This document shows, piece by piece, positions 1-9,031 of a stretch of 64,000 bases of DNA (within the stretch, counting starts at the first letter, position 1; each line of letters begins with the position of its first letter). The translations under genes and the position numbers were made by a program. Source of the DNA: Gemmatimonas sp. (GTDB taxonomy: Bacteria > Gemmatimonadota > Gemmatimonadetes > Gemmatimonadales > Gemmatimonadaceae). The notes beneath the pieces are model-generated. The model was not told where the DNA came from and did no database searches. It saw only the letters and a program-made list of their open reading frames with translations. Location of the stretch: NCBI GenBank assembly GCA_965279375.1, contig OZ257156.1, positions 1,664,001 to 1,728,000 of the forward strand, given 5' to 3'.

Positions 1-870
1 GCCGAAGTTGCGCTCATTCCTGAAGGCGCGACGCTCGTCTCCATGATGGCGCCCGCCTCCGCTGCGGCGATCGTCGCCGCGCTTGGCGCTCGCAAGGTCA
101 CGTCGCTCGCGCTCGAGCTGGTTCCACGTATCACGCGCGCGCAGAGCATGGACGTGTTGTCATCGCAGGCGACCGTCGCTGGCTACAAGGCGGTCCTGAT
201 TGGCGCCGCTGAGTTGCCGCGCTTTCTGCCGATGCTGACCACCGCGGCCGGTTCCATCACGCCGGCGAAGGCGTTCGTGATTGGCGCTGGTGTCGCTGGA
301 TTGCAGGCGTTGGCTACGGCGCGCCGGTTGGGCGCGATCACCAGCGGGTTCGACGTGCGCGCCGCGGCGGCGGAGCAGGTGAAGTCGCTCGGCGCGACGT
401 TCGTGCAGTCGGAAGTGGTGAGTGCGGCCGCCGAAGACAAGGGCGGCTACGCCAAGGCACAGAGCGAAGACGAAGCGGCGCGCACGCTCGCGACGATCGG
501 CAAGCACATCAAGGATCAGGATCTCGTCATCACCACGGCGGCCATTCCTGGTCGCGCTGCGCCGAGGCTGATCACGGCGGAGATGGTGCGCAGCATGCGC
601 CCGGGGTCGGTAATCGTGGACCTCGCCGCCGAAACCGGTGGCAACTGTGAACTCACCAAGTTGGGCGAGACGGTGGTGGAGAACGGCGTGCACATCATCG
701 GCGCGTCGAATCTGCCGGCGACGATGCCCACGCACGCCAGTCAGATGTACAGCCGCAACGTGCTCACGCTGCTGCAGCATTTGGTAAAGGACGGCGCTCT
801 CAACATCGATCTCGCCGACGAGATCACCGGCGCCATGACGCTCACGCACGACGGTCAGGCGCGTCGCTAA
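1..870 (+). CDS. pntA: NAD(P) transhydrogenase subunit alpha, part 1 (domain I); 5' end lies outside the window
   Basis: Motifs RAQSMDVLSSQ, GAGVAGLQA, DLVITTAAIPGRAAP, VDLAAETGGNC. Frame is open from position 1. Confidence 0.95.
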   Translation, partial: AEVALIPEGATLVSMMAPASAAAIVAALGARKVTSLALELVPRITRAQSMDVLSSQATVAGYKAVLIGAAELPRFLPMLTTAAGSITPAKAFVIGAGVAGLQALATARRLGAITSGFDVRAAAAEQVKSLGATFVQSEVVSAAAEDKGGYAKAQSEDEAARTLATIGKHIKDQDLVITTAAIPGRAAPRLITAEMVRSMRPGSVIVDLAAETGGNCELTKLGETVVENGVHIIGASNLPATMPTHASQMYSRNVLTLLQHLVKDGALNIDLADEITGAMTLTHDGQARR

Positions 871-949
871 CCGCGGCGCCTACGTCCCACCGCCTGCGAG
901 CGTCGCGCCCACGCTGACAGCTCGCTTCACACCCGACGGAGAACGCGCC

Positions 950-1264
950 ATGTCCGGCACCGGCATCATTCAACTGTACGTGTTCATTCTGGCCGGCTTT
1001 GTCGGCTTCCTGCTCATCTCCAAAGTGCCGCCGCTGCTGCACACGCCGCTCATGGCCGCGACCAACGCGATCAGCGGCATCTCGCTTGTCGGCAGCATCG
1101 TGCTCGCCGGCGGACAGTACGGCACCGTCGCAACGATTCTTGGCGTCGTCGCGGTGGCCTGCGCGATGACCAACGTGGTGGGTGGATTCATCATCACCGA
1201 TCGCATGCTCAACATGTTCAAGCGCACGGAAAAGCCAGCCGAGAAGAAGGAAGGGGCGGCGTGA
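950..1264 (+). CDS. pntA: NAD(P) transhydrogenase subunit alpha, part 2 (membrane)
   Basis: VPPLLHTPLMAATNAISG and NVVGGFIITDRML motifs; lies between pntA1 and pntB. Confidence 0.95.
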   Translation: MSGTGIIQLYVFILAGFVGFLLISKVPPLLHTPLMAATNAISGISLVGSIVLAGGQYGTVATILGVVAVACAMTNVVGGFIITDRMLNMFKRTEKPAEKKEGAA

Positions 1265-2742
1265 GCATGCTGTCGATGCTTCCCGGAGTGCTGCCGCTGT
1301 TGAGCGCGGCCAGCGAAAGCGCTGGCGGCACCAGCGAAACGCGAGAGCTGATCATTCAGGTCACCTATCTCGCCGCGTCGGTGATGTTCATCCTTGGGCT
1401 TCGCAGCCTGACCAAGCCCGACGAAGCGCGCCGCGGCATGCAGCTGGCCGCCGTCGGCATGCTGCTCGCGATCATCGGCACGATGCTCCATCAGGAGATC
1501 CTCACCTACACGTGGATCCTGACGGGCCTGGTCATCGGCTCGGTGATTGGCTACCCGCTCGGCAAGTTCGTGCCGATGACCGCGATGCCGCAGCGTATCG
1601 CCTTCTCGCACATGTTCGGCGCGCTGGCGGCTACGCTCGTCGGTATCGGCGAGTTCTATCACATGTACCAGGCGGGCACGCCCGCTCCGGCTGATGCCGA
1701 CGTGCGCTTCAAGATGGCGGCACTTGGTTTCGAAGTGCTGTTCGGCGCGCTGACGGTGTCGGGCAGCTTCATGGCGTTCGGAAAGCTGCAGGAGTTCATC
1801 ACCGGTCGTCCGGTGACGTACAAGGGACAGAACATCGTCACGGCGCTCGTCTTCATGATCGCACTCGGCGCGTTCTTCATGCTGATCGTGCAGCCGTCGA
1901 ACGTGTACGCGTTCTATACGATGGTCGCGGTGTCGTTCATCATCGGCTTCCTGTTCGTGCTGCCGATCGGTGGCGCAGACATGCCGGTTGTCGTATCGCT
2001 GCTCAATTCCTTTGCCGGTCTCGCCGCATCGGCCACGGGCTTCGCGATCGGCAACAATGTGCTCATCATCGCCGGTGCGCTCGACGGTGCCTCCGGCTTC
2101 ATTCTGTCGATCATCATGTCGAAGGCGATGAATCGCTCCTTCGGCAACGTGCTCTTCGGTGCGTTCGGCTCTGGCGGCGGTGCCGCCAGCACGCGCACGT
2201 CGGAGGGACTCACGGCCAAGAGCATCTCGGCGGAAGATGCGGCCGTATTGCTGGCCTATGCGGGCAAGGTCATCGTGGTGCCGGGTTACGGCATGGCCGT
2301 CGCGCAGGCGCAGCATCAGGTGCGCGAGTTGGCCGAGCTGATCGAGAAGAAGGGCGGCGAAGTGAAGTACGCCATTCATCCAGTGGCCGGTCGCATGCCT
2401 GGCCATATGAACGTGCTGCTCGCCGAGGCCAACGTGCCGTACGATCGCATGTACGACATGGACGAGATCAACGACCAGTTCCAGGAGTGCGATGTCGCGG
2501 TCGTCATCGGCGCCAACGACGTCGTGAACCCGGCGGCCAAGACGGATCCGGGCAGCCCGATCTACGGCATGCCGATTCTGCGCGTGAACGAGGCGAAGGC
2601 GGTGATCGTGCTCAAGCGTTCAATGAACACAGGCTTCGCCGGCATCGAGAACGATCTCTTCTTCGACGAGAAGACGAGCATGCTCTTCGGTGACGCCAAG
2701 GCGTCGCTCTCCAAGCTGGTCAGCGAGGTGAAGGGGTTGTAG
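1261..2742 (+). CDS. pntB: NAD(P) transhydrogenase subunit beta
   Basis: PIGGADMPVV, VPGYGMAVAQAQH, HPVAGRMPGHMNVLLAEA, GANDVVNPAA. GTGA overlap with pntA2. Confidence 0.97.
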   Translation: MSMLSMLPGVLPLLSAASESAGGTSETRELIIQVTYLAASVMFILGLRSLTKPDEARRGMQLAAVGMLLAIIGTMLHQEILTYTWILTGLVIGSVIGYPLGKFVPMTAMPQRIAFSHMFGALAATLVGIGEFYHMYQAGTPAPADADVRFKMAALGFEVLFGALTVSGSFMAFGKLQEFITGRPVTYKGQNIVTALVFMIALGAFFMLIVQPSNVYAFYTMVAVSFIIGFLFVLPIGGADMPVVVSLLNSFAGLAASATGFAIGNNVLIIAGALDGASGFILSIIMSKAMNRSFGNVLFGAFGSGGGAASTRTSEGLTAKSISAEDAAVLLAYAGKVIVVPGYGMAVAQAQHQVRELAELIEKKGGEVKYAIHPVAGRMPGHMNVLLAEANVPYDRMYDMDEINDQFQECDVAVVIGANDVVNPAAKTDPGSPIYGMPILRVNEAKAVIVLKRSMNTGFAGIENDLFFDEKTSMLFGDAKASLSKLVSEVKGL

Positions 2743-2808
2743 TGCGTGCGTTTCGCACGCGCCGCGTCATTCCGATGGCGTGAGCGAGCGAGGTGACGAG
2801 TAGTCTGC

Positions 2809-2841
2809 AACGAGCCGCCTGCCATCGCAGCGCGGCTCGTT
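2809..2841. repeat. Hairpin immediately upstream of the GxxExxY gene (a smaller one lies at 2744-2760)
   Basis: AACGAGCCGC (2809-2818) / GCGGCTCGTT (2832-2841) perfect 10-bp arms, with an inner CTGC/GCAG stem. Confidence 0.7.
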
Positions 2842-2864
2842 TGTGTGTCAGCAGGGAGTTGACT

Positions 2865-3281
2865 GTGCAGCTCGACGATCTTCGGCTCGCGCATGGCGAA
2901 GTCACGCGCAAGGTCATCGGCGCGTTCTATGACGTGTACAACGTACTTGGCTTCGGATTTGTCGAATCCGTGTACGGGAGCGCGATGGCCATCGCGCTGT
3001 CGAAACGAGGAGTGCAGTTCGAACGGGAACGACTGCTGGCCGTTCGCTATGGGGACGTGCTGGTTGGCGAATTCCGTGCGGACCTGATCGTGGAGCGGCG
3101 CGTCATTGTCGAACTCAAGGCCGCCGAGCGAATAGTGCCGGCGCACGAGAGCCAATTGCTCAATTATCTCCGGTCATCGGGCCTGCGAGTAGGTCTCATT
3201 CTCAACTTCGGCGCCAAGGCGACCATGCGTCGGCTCATCTGGACTGGATCTGGGATTGATGTGGCGGATATGAACGGATGA
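2865..3281 (+). CDS. GxxExxY protein (PD-(D/E)XK nuclease-like)
   Basis: GFVESVY motif; FRADLIVERRVIVELKA (D...ExK); QLLNYL and GLILNFG. GTG at 2865 follows AGGGAG. Confidence 0.92.
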   Translation: MQLDDLRLAHGEVTRKVIGAFYDVYNVLGFGFVESVYGSAMAIALSKRGVQFERERLLAVRYGDVLVGEFRADLIVERRVIVELKAAERIVPAHESQLLNYLRSSGLRVGLILNFGAKATMRRLIWTGSGIDVADMNG

Positions 3282-3438
3282 ACTGCTCGGCCACGGATAT
3301 GAGCTGATAGAAACGGAAACTGCGCACGGATACTGCCCAAGCAGAGAGATTTCTCTTTTTGTGGTATCCGTGCGCAGTTTCCGTGTGCATCGGTTGGTAT
3401 CCGTGGCCGAGCAGTTCATCCGTTCTTATCCGCGCCAC
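3261..3438. repeat. Nested long inverted repeat (~180 bp) overlapping the GxxExxY stop codon
   Basis: Perfect 28-bp arms 3272-3299 / 3398-3425 and perfect 21-bp arms 3313-3333 / 3364-3384; imperfect outer extension to 3261/3438. Confidence 0.93.
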
Positions 3439-3587
3439 TCGTTCGACGGCTGCAATCGTTGAACGAATTCATCCCTGATGGTGCGGGAACCGACCAAGGG
3501 TGGCGCACGCTGGTCACGCGGATAACTTTCCTTGGCTGCGCCGTCGGCTTGGCGCGGACGTGTTCGTCATCATCTGGAGTGCTGTAG

Positions 3588-4364
3588 ATGCCCGAGTTTG
3601 GAAGCTGGGGAACGGACTGGTGGAAGCCAGTGCTGTTCGTGCTGGTGGCTGGTCACATCACCAACGTGTGTGTGACGCTGTTTCTGCATCGTGCGCAAAC
3701 GCATCGTGGTGTTCGGTTTCACTACCTGGCGGAGTTGCCGATGCGTGTGTGGTTGTGGTTGACCACCGCAACGCGCACCAAGGAATGGGTGGCGTGCCAT
3801 CGCAAGCATCATGCGTTCGCCGATCGCGAGGGCGATCCGCATAGTCCTGTCGTCGAGGGACTGCGCAACATCCTGCTCAAGGGTGCGTTCTACTATCGCA
3901 AGACCGTGCGCCAGCCCGGCGTGCTCGAGAAGTACGGCAAGGGGACGCCCGAGGATTGGCTGGAGCGCCATCTGCTGGACAAGCGGAGCTCATTGGGGAT
4001 CGTGCTCATGCTTGGTATCGACATCTGGCTCTTCGGCTTCTTCGTGGGTCCGCTGGTGTGGGCGGTGCAGATGATCTGGATTCCGCTGTGGGCAGCGGGT
4101 GTGATCAACGGCGTCGGTCATGCGCTGGGCTATCGGAACCACGATGTGAAGGACGCGAGCCGAAACATCTCGCCGTTCGGCATCATCATTGCCGGCGAAG
4201 AGTTGCACAACAATCACCACGCTGATCCGCACTCCGCGAAGTTCGCGCATCGCTGGTTCGAGTTCGACATTGGCTGGATGTACATCCGCCTGCTCTCATT
4301 CCTGGGCTTGGCCGAGGTGAAGTACGCTCGGCTCGGTGCCCATGTTCGCGTCACCGAGTCCTAG
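3588..4364 (+). CDS. Membrane fatty-acid (acyl-CoA delta-9 type) desaturase
   Basis: His boxes HRAQTH, HRKHH, HNNHH; FEFDIGWMYI. Confidence 0.92.
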   Translation: MPEFGSWGTDWWKPVLFVLVAGHITNVCVTLFLHRAQTHRGVRFHYLAELPMRVWLWLTTATRTKEWVACHRKHHAFADREGDPHSPVVEGLRNILLKGAFYYRKTVRQPGVLEKYGKGTPEDWLERHLLDKRSSLGIVLMLGIDIWLFGFFVGPLVWAVQMIWIPLWAAGVINGVGHALGYRNHDVKDASRNISPFGIIIAGEELHNNHHADPHSAKFAHRWFEFDIGWMYIRLLSFLGLAEVKYARLGAHVRVTES

Positions 4365-4372
4365 GGTTTCTC

Positions 4373-4651
4373 ATGGCAGACGTTTCATGTTCGCGTTGCG
4401 GTCAGACGCGTGAAGGCTTCGAGCGACCTCCGTTCCCAGGCACGATCGGCGCGCGCATCATCGGCGAGATCTGCAAGGATTGCTGGGGGCAGTGGCTGAA
4501 GCAGCAGACGATGTTGATCAATCACTACGGGCTGAACGTGATGGACCCGCAGGCGCGCACGTTTCTGACGCGCAACATGGAAGGCTATCTGTTCAAGACC
4601 GGGTCCACCGACGACGTCGATACCAGCAAGCAGGGAACGATCACGCACTAG
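4373..4651 (+). CDS. yggX: Fe(II)-trafficking / oxidative damage protection protein
   Basis: PPFPGTIGARI...CWGQWLKQQTMLINHYGLN...ARTFL family signature. Confidence 0.88.
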   Translation: MADVSCSRCGQTREGFERPPFPGTIGARIIGEICKDCWGQWLKQQTMLINHYGLNVMDPQARTFLTRNMEGYLFKTGSTDDVDTSKQGTITH

Positions 4652-4684
4652 CGTGATCGGCGCTGGTTCGTTGTCGAGAATGAC

Positions 4685-4719
4685 GAAGCGCCTCGTCCGG
4701 GTATCGGAGGAGGCGCTTC
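4685..4719. terminator. Hairpin between convergent yggX and the small Cys4 gene
   Basis: GAAGCGCCTC / GAGGCGCTTC arms. Confidence 0.6.
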
Positions 4720-4777
4720 AGCGTTCGCGGGACGCGGATGTTTCGCTACGGCGCAGCAATGCGCCGGTTGGAGCCTG

Positions 4778-4987
4778 CTAGTTTACGCCAGCGATATAGC
4801 GGGCGAGGCGCCCGCAGCTGGTGCATTTCAACGTCACGTGCGAGTTGGGTGGTGCCGGCGTCGACACCGGGTCGCGATCAATGCTGCCTGAGCAAGACGG
4901 GCAGCTCAGGGGCAGGCCGGTACGGTCTGCTGCAATGAGGTGCAGCGCCTGTGCCGGATTGAACGTGTTCGGTCGTGGCTTACGCAT
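4778..4987 (-). CDS. Small (69 aa) putative zinc-ribbon protein
   Basis: ATG at 4987 preceded by GAGGAGG; CPSC...CTSC. Confidence 0.7.
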   Translation of the reverse strand: MRKPRPNTFNPAQALHLIAADRTGLPLSCPSCSGSIDRDPVSTPAPPNSHVTLKCTSCGRLARYIAGVN

Positions 4988-5159
4988 TCCGCCTCCTCGC
5001 GAATGTTGCGCCGACCGCAGACTGCGGCCGGGAGGCGAAAGGTAGCTAAACCGGGGTCCGACCGGCACTGGCAGAGCGAAAGAGTCGGGATCGACCTTAA
5101 CCGCCGTCCCGAATTTTCGCCAGTTACCTGTAGGGTCTGCTTGGGAACGTTCGATCCGC

Positions 5160-6158
5160 TCACTCCCAGCTGGTGGGGCGTCTCCAGAGCTTCCGGCCGA
5201 GCTTCCATGACCGCTTCGCCGAGATCTCCTGTGTGCCGCCGGGCGGGTACAGCTCGGGGTCGGCGAACTCGTCGAGCATGTCGGTGGCCTTGGCCGAGGC
5301 TTCGTCGGCCCAGTGCACGATTTCGGCCTCGACGGTCATGGGCTGCACGGGGCTACCGAACTCGAGCGATCCATGGTGGGACAGGATGAGGTGCAGGAGT
5401 TCGTTTCGCTGCGCCTCGGACAGCGTGAACTCCGCGGCTGCCAGCCTGCGGTCGAACATGAGGGCGCCGAGGGTGACATGGCCGAGGAGCATGCCCGTGG
5501 AGGTGTGGGCAAAGCCTTCGGGGGAGATGGCGTAGGCGTCGACTTTGCCGATGTCGTGGAGGAGGGCTCCGGCGACCACCAGATCCGCGTTGGCTTGGCG
5601 AACTGTCCGGGCGACATGCCGAGCGATGGAGGTGACCTCGTAGACGTGGAGGAGCAGACCGCCCAGTTGCGCGTGGTGTCCGTTGACGGAGCCGGGGGCG
5701 CGTTCGAAGGCGACGCGGAAGTTGTCGTCGGCGAAGAACAGGTCCACGGCTTGCCGGATTGTGCTGGAGGCGATGCCGGCGCGGAGTTTGTCGAGCGCGT
5801 CCCAGACTTTTTCGGTCTCTACGTCGATGCGGACCAGGAACTCGGAGGGGTCGAACTGATCGGCGGGGAGCACCCGCAGCGGGGCAGTGAGCTGGAGTTG
5901 ACGCTTGCGCGAGCCATCGTCGCCGAATGTGGCGACCTCTCCAATGACCTGCACGACGCGTCCTTTCTCTGCGCCGGCGGCCCAGTCGAGGCGTTCTGAC
6001 CAGATGGGGGCGGTTTCTATGGTCCCGGTCGCATTGCCGAGTGCGAGGACGACGAAGGGGAGTCCCGCGCGCGTGGTGCGTTCGGTTCGCTCGCGTACCA
6101 AAAACTCGTGCTGGACGCGATCGCCGAGTGTGGCGCTGCGGAGGTCGAAGGGTGCCAT
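5160..6158 (-). CDS. OB-fold + HD-domain 3'-5' exoribonuclease, YhaM/Cbf1-like
   Basis: N-terminal OB-like region, then HHAQLGGLLLH, ALLHDIGK, LLGHV, ILSHHGSLEFGSPVQP, HWAD. ATG at 6158 chosen over the 6800 ORF start. Confidence 0.88.
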   Translation of the reverse strand: MAPFDLRSATLGDRVQHEFLVRERTERTTRAGLPFVVLALGNATGTIETAPIWSERLDWAAGAEKGRVVQVIGEVATFGDDGSRKRQLQLTAPLRVLPADQFDPSEFLVRIDVETEKVWDALDKLRAGIASSTIRQAVDLFFADDNFRVAFERAPGSVNGHHAQLGGLLLHVYEVTSIARHVARTVRQANADLVVAGALLHDIGKVDAYAISPEGFAHTSTGMLLGHVTLGALMFDRRLAAAEFTLSEAQRNELLHLILSHHGSLEFGSPVQPMTVEAEIVHWADEASAKATDMLDEFADPELYPPGGTQEISAKRSWKLGRKLWRRPTSWE

Positions 6159-6251
6159 GGAGGGGTTACGGCGGTGGCGCGTGCTGGAACTGCGGGGCGG
6201 ATTCGGAAGGAAGGCCCTTGCGCCGAATGGACTGGATGGAGAGGCTTGAGC

Positions 6252-6848
6252 ATGTCTGCAAGCCGTCGTTCCGTTCATTTGGCGCCGCGTGGGGTTCCCG
6301 CAGCGAATGGTGATGTGCTGGAGGATGGTCGCGCCACCCCGGCGAGCGCTGGTGTGATCGATTCTCCGCACGAGGAGTTGGCGCCGGCGGAGGCGTCTGC
6401 GCTGCGCTTGTGGGTCGTGCTGGCGCGCGCGCACGCGGCGATCTCCGCGCACGCGACCGAGGATGCGTCCCGAAACGGGCTGACGCTGGCCGAGTTCGGT
6501 ATTCTCGAGGCGCTGTACCATCGAGGGCCGATGCTGCTGGGTGAGGTGCAGCGTCGCATTCTGGTCTCGAGCGGAGGTATCACCTTTCTCGTGGACCGGT
6601 TGACGGCGAAGGGGTTGGTGGAGCGGCGGTCGTGTCCATCCGACCGTCGGGCGCGTTACGCCGCGCTGACGCCGCAGGGCGAGTCGCTGGTGGCGGAGAC
6701 GTTTCCGGTTCACGCGGCCGTCTTGTCGCGCGTGATGTCCGGGCTGACGCCGGAGGAGCAGGAGCGTGCCGCGGACTTGATTCGTACGCTCGGACTGCAC
6801 GCGGCGAGCGAGCCGCGCTTGAGCGCGCTGGAGTCGGTGCGGGGCTGA
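6252..6848 (+). CDS. MarR-family repressor, MhqR-like
   Basis: LRLWVVLARA...EFGILEALYHRG...ILVSSGGITFLVDRL...DRR...FPVH resembles Bacillus MhqR. Start uncertain. Confidence 0.88.
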   Translation: MSASRRSVHLAPRGVPAANGDVLEDGRATPASAGVIDSPHEELAPAEASALRLWVVLARAHAAISAHATEDASRNGLTLAEFGILEALYHRGPMLLGEVQRRILVSSGGITFLVDRLTAKGLVERRSCPSDRRARYAALTPQGESLVAETFPVHAAVLSRVMSGLTPEEQERAADLIRTLGLHAASEPRLSALESVRG

Positions 6849-6905
6849 GGTATTAGGGTCGTATTCGCTCCGCGATCACGGCCCGACTTCTGCGACAGAG
6901 GGTGC

Positions 6906-6978
6906 TTGACGGAGACACCATTCCCACTTATATCTCAGTTCAGAGATACTCACTGTAGAGTATCGCAAATTTGAGATA
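6906..6978 (+). promoter_or_regulatory. yceI promoter (TTGACG -35) overlapped by three tandem MhqR-type palindromes
   Basis: TTGACG 6906-6911. TATCTC-N6-GAGATA 6931-6948, ATACTC-N6-GAGTAT 6946-6963, TATCGC-N6-GAGATA 6961-6978. Confidence 0.8.
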
Positions 6979-7026
6979 AGCATTCTCCGCACAACCACCA
7001 CCGCCTACCAGGCGAAGGAGCTGCTT

Positions 7027-7563
7027 ATGAAGTGGGCAATCGACTCGGCGCACAGCCAGATCCAGTTCAGCGTCAAGCACCTCGGCATCTCCACCGTGCG
7101 CGGCACCTTTGACGCGTTCTCCGGCAGCATCGAGGAATCGAACGGCGTCGTGACCGCGGTCAGCGTCGATATCGACACCAAGTCGGTGAACACCAATCAG
7201 GGTCAGCGCGACGAGCATCTCCGCAGTCCCGACTTCTTCGACAGCCCCACGTTTCCGCACGCCAGCTTCCGTCTGACGAAGTTCGACAAGAAGGGCGATG
7301 ACGTGACGGCCACCGGCGAACTGACCATTCGCGGCGTGACGCACCCGGTGTCGCTCAAGGGCGAGATCGCTGGACCTGCCACGGATCCGTGGGGCAACCA
7401 GAAGGTGTCGGCCACGCTCGAGGCGCGCATCTCGCGGAAGGAGTGGGGGCTGACGTGGAACGCGGCGCTCGAGACCGGCGGCGTGCTGGTGAGCGACGAA
7501 GTGCGTCTCGCGATCGACGTGCAGGCGGCCGTTGCGGTGGAAGCGGAGCCAGTCGCCGCGTAG
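7027..7563 (+). CDS. yceI: YceI-family (polyisoprenoid/quinone-binding) protein, no signal peptide
   Basis: WAIDSAHSQIQFSVKHLGISTVRGTF, RDEHLRSPDFFD, GELTIRGVT, DPWG. AAGGAG RBS. Confidence 0.93.
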   Translation: MKWAIDSAHSQIQFSVKHLGISTVRGTFDAFSGSIEESNGVVTAVSVDIDTKSVNTNQGQRDEHLRSPDFFDSPTFPHASFRLTKFDKKGDDVTATGELTIRGVTHPVSLKGEIAGPATDPWGNQKVSATLEARISRKEWGLTWNAALETGGVLVSDEVRLAIDVQAAVAVEAEPVAA

Positions 7564-7584
7564 TCCGCTCACGGTGAGGACAGG

Positions 7585-7627
7585 AACGGGGACGCTCTCA
7601 GCTGTGGCTGCGAGCGTCCCCGTTTTT
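7585..7627 (+). terminator. Rho-independent terminator after yceI
   Basis: AACGGGGACGCTC / GAGCGTCCCCGTT stem followed by a T run. Confidence 0.8.
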
Positions 7628-7679
7628 CGTGCCAGCGTTGCAGAGCGACCGACCGCTGCGCACCAATCGACGCGGCTGC

Positions 7680-7910
7680 TCAGGACACGTACAGGATGTC
7701 CCCGTCGTTGTCGATTCCGAGTTCCTGCTGCACCCCACACACGCCACAGATCAACACCGCGTGCCAACGCTCGCCGAGCTGATCCTGCAACGCGGGAAGT
7801 GCTTCACGCACCGTGAGCTTGCGATACGTGTACTCCTTGCAGCCGATGCACGCATGCGCTCGAGCGATCCGCTCCGCGCGTTCCTGCGTGATGGGCGAGG
7901 GATGGTTCAC
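7680..7910 (-). CDS. Small (76 aa) Cys4 hypothetical protein
   Basis: CIGC...CGVC; starts 3 bp after the SPFH gene stop; protein-like composition. Confidence 0.7.
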   Translation of the reverse strand: MNHPSPITQERAERIARAHACIGCKEYTYRKLTVREALPALQDQLGERWHAVLICGVCGVQQELGIDNDGDILYVS

Positions 7911-7913
7911 GGC

Positions 7914-9008
7914 TCAGCTGCCGCTGTTGGGCGTGCCGGACTCACTGCCTGGGAGCGCCTTGGGGACACCCGGATAACCGAGCCCTGACGACGAGGCCGA
8001 GCGCGTGCCGGGGGCGCGTGCGGCGTCATCGGCGTCGCGTGAATGCCCCGTGGCGCTGAGCAACTCGCGAAGACCGCCCAGCGCACCCATGACGCCCGAC
8101 GCTTCGGCGGGGAGGAAGATCGTGGTGCCCTTTCCCTGCGTGAGCTGAGGCAGCGCTTCGAGGTACTTGAGGCCGAGCAGGTACATGGCGGCCTGTCCTT
8201 CCGGCAACGACGCTGAAATGAGTCCGATCGCTTCCGCCTCCGCGTGCGCGATGGCGAGTCGCGCCTCGGCCATGCCCTGCGCACGCAGGACGTTGGCGTC
8301 GCGCTCACCTTCGGCTTTGCGTACCTGCGACTCGCGCTGGCCTTCCGACTCGAGAATGGCGGCGCGCTTGCCAGCTTCGGCGTTCGTCACCGACGCTCGG
8401 CGTTCGCGTTCGGCGCGCATCTGCAGTTCCATGGACTGCTGGATGTCGCGCGGGGGTTCGATGCTCTGCAGTTCGACGCGCGTCACATCGACGCCCCAGC
8501 CGATGGAAGCCTCTTCGATCACGTCGCGCATGCGCTTGTTGATCACGTCGCGGCTGGTCAGCGTGGCGTCGAGTTCCATATCGCCGACGATGTTTCGCAG
8601 CGTGGTCCGCGTCAGCGTTTCGAGCGCGTATGGCAGGTTGGTGACGGAGTACGTCGCCTTCTGCGGATCGGCGATGCGGTAGTAGAGCACCGCATCGATG
8701 TCGATCGTGACGTTGTCCTTGGTGATGACAGGCTGGCTCGGAAAGTTGAGCACCTGTTCACGCAGATCGATTCGCGACGTGGAGCCGGCGACGATCTTTC
8801 GCACGCCGGCGACATCGGATTCGAGATAGCGCACGTCGATCGTGCGCGGCCGTTCGATGAACGGGATGAGCAGGTTGAGCCCGGAGCGCGCTATGCGATC
8901 GAATCGTCCGAGCCGCTCCACCACCATCACTTCCGCCTGCCCGATGATCTTGACTGAGCTCACCAGCAACACGAGCACAAGAACGACAGCGACGATCAGG
9001 AAGGGCAT
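7914..9008 (-). CDS. SPFH/band-7 (stomatin, QmcA-like) membrane protein
   Basis: N-terminal TM; VVERLGRF, QPVITKDNV, TTLRNIVG, QMRAERERRA. Confidence 0.93.
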   Translation of the reverse strand: MPFLIVAVVLVLVLLVSSVKIIGQAEVMVVERLGRFDRIARSGLNLLIPFIERPRTIDVRYLESDVAGVRKIVAGSTSRIDLREQVLNFPSQPVITKDNVTIDIDAVLYYRIADPQKATYSVTNLPYALETLTRTTLRNIVGDMELDATLTSRDVINKRMRDVIEEASIGWGVDVTRVELQSIEPPRDIQQSMELQMRAERERRASVTNAEAGKRAAILESEGQRESQVRKAEGERDANVLRAQGMAEARLAIAHAEAEAIGLISASLPEGQAAMYLLGLKYLEALPQLTQGKGTTIFLPAEASGVMGALGGLRELLSATGHSRDADDAARAPGTRSASSSGLGYPGVPKALPGSESGTPNSGS

Positions 9009-9031
9009 GGCGGAGTACGGATGTTTGGTGG

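Noticed and set aside
1..2742. Split pntA as a novelty or pseudogene
   Set aside because: The three-gene pntA1/A2/B arrangement is well known, for example in Rhodospirillum rubrum and Thermus.
6159..6800. Long N-terminal extension of the HD protein (similar extensions at 15874-16389, 36250-37080, 56267-57454)
   Set aside because: Open-frame run-ons typical of high-GC DNA that overlap better-supported genes; starts were trimmed.
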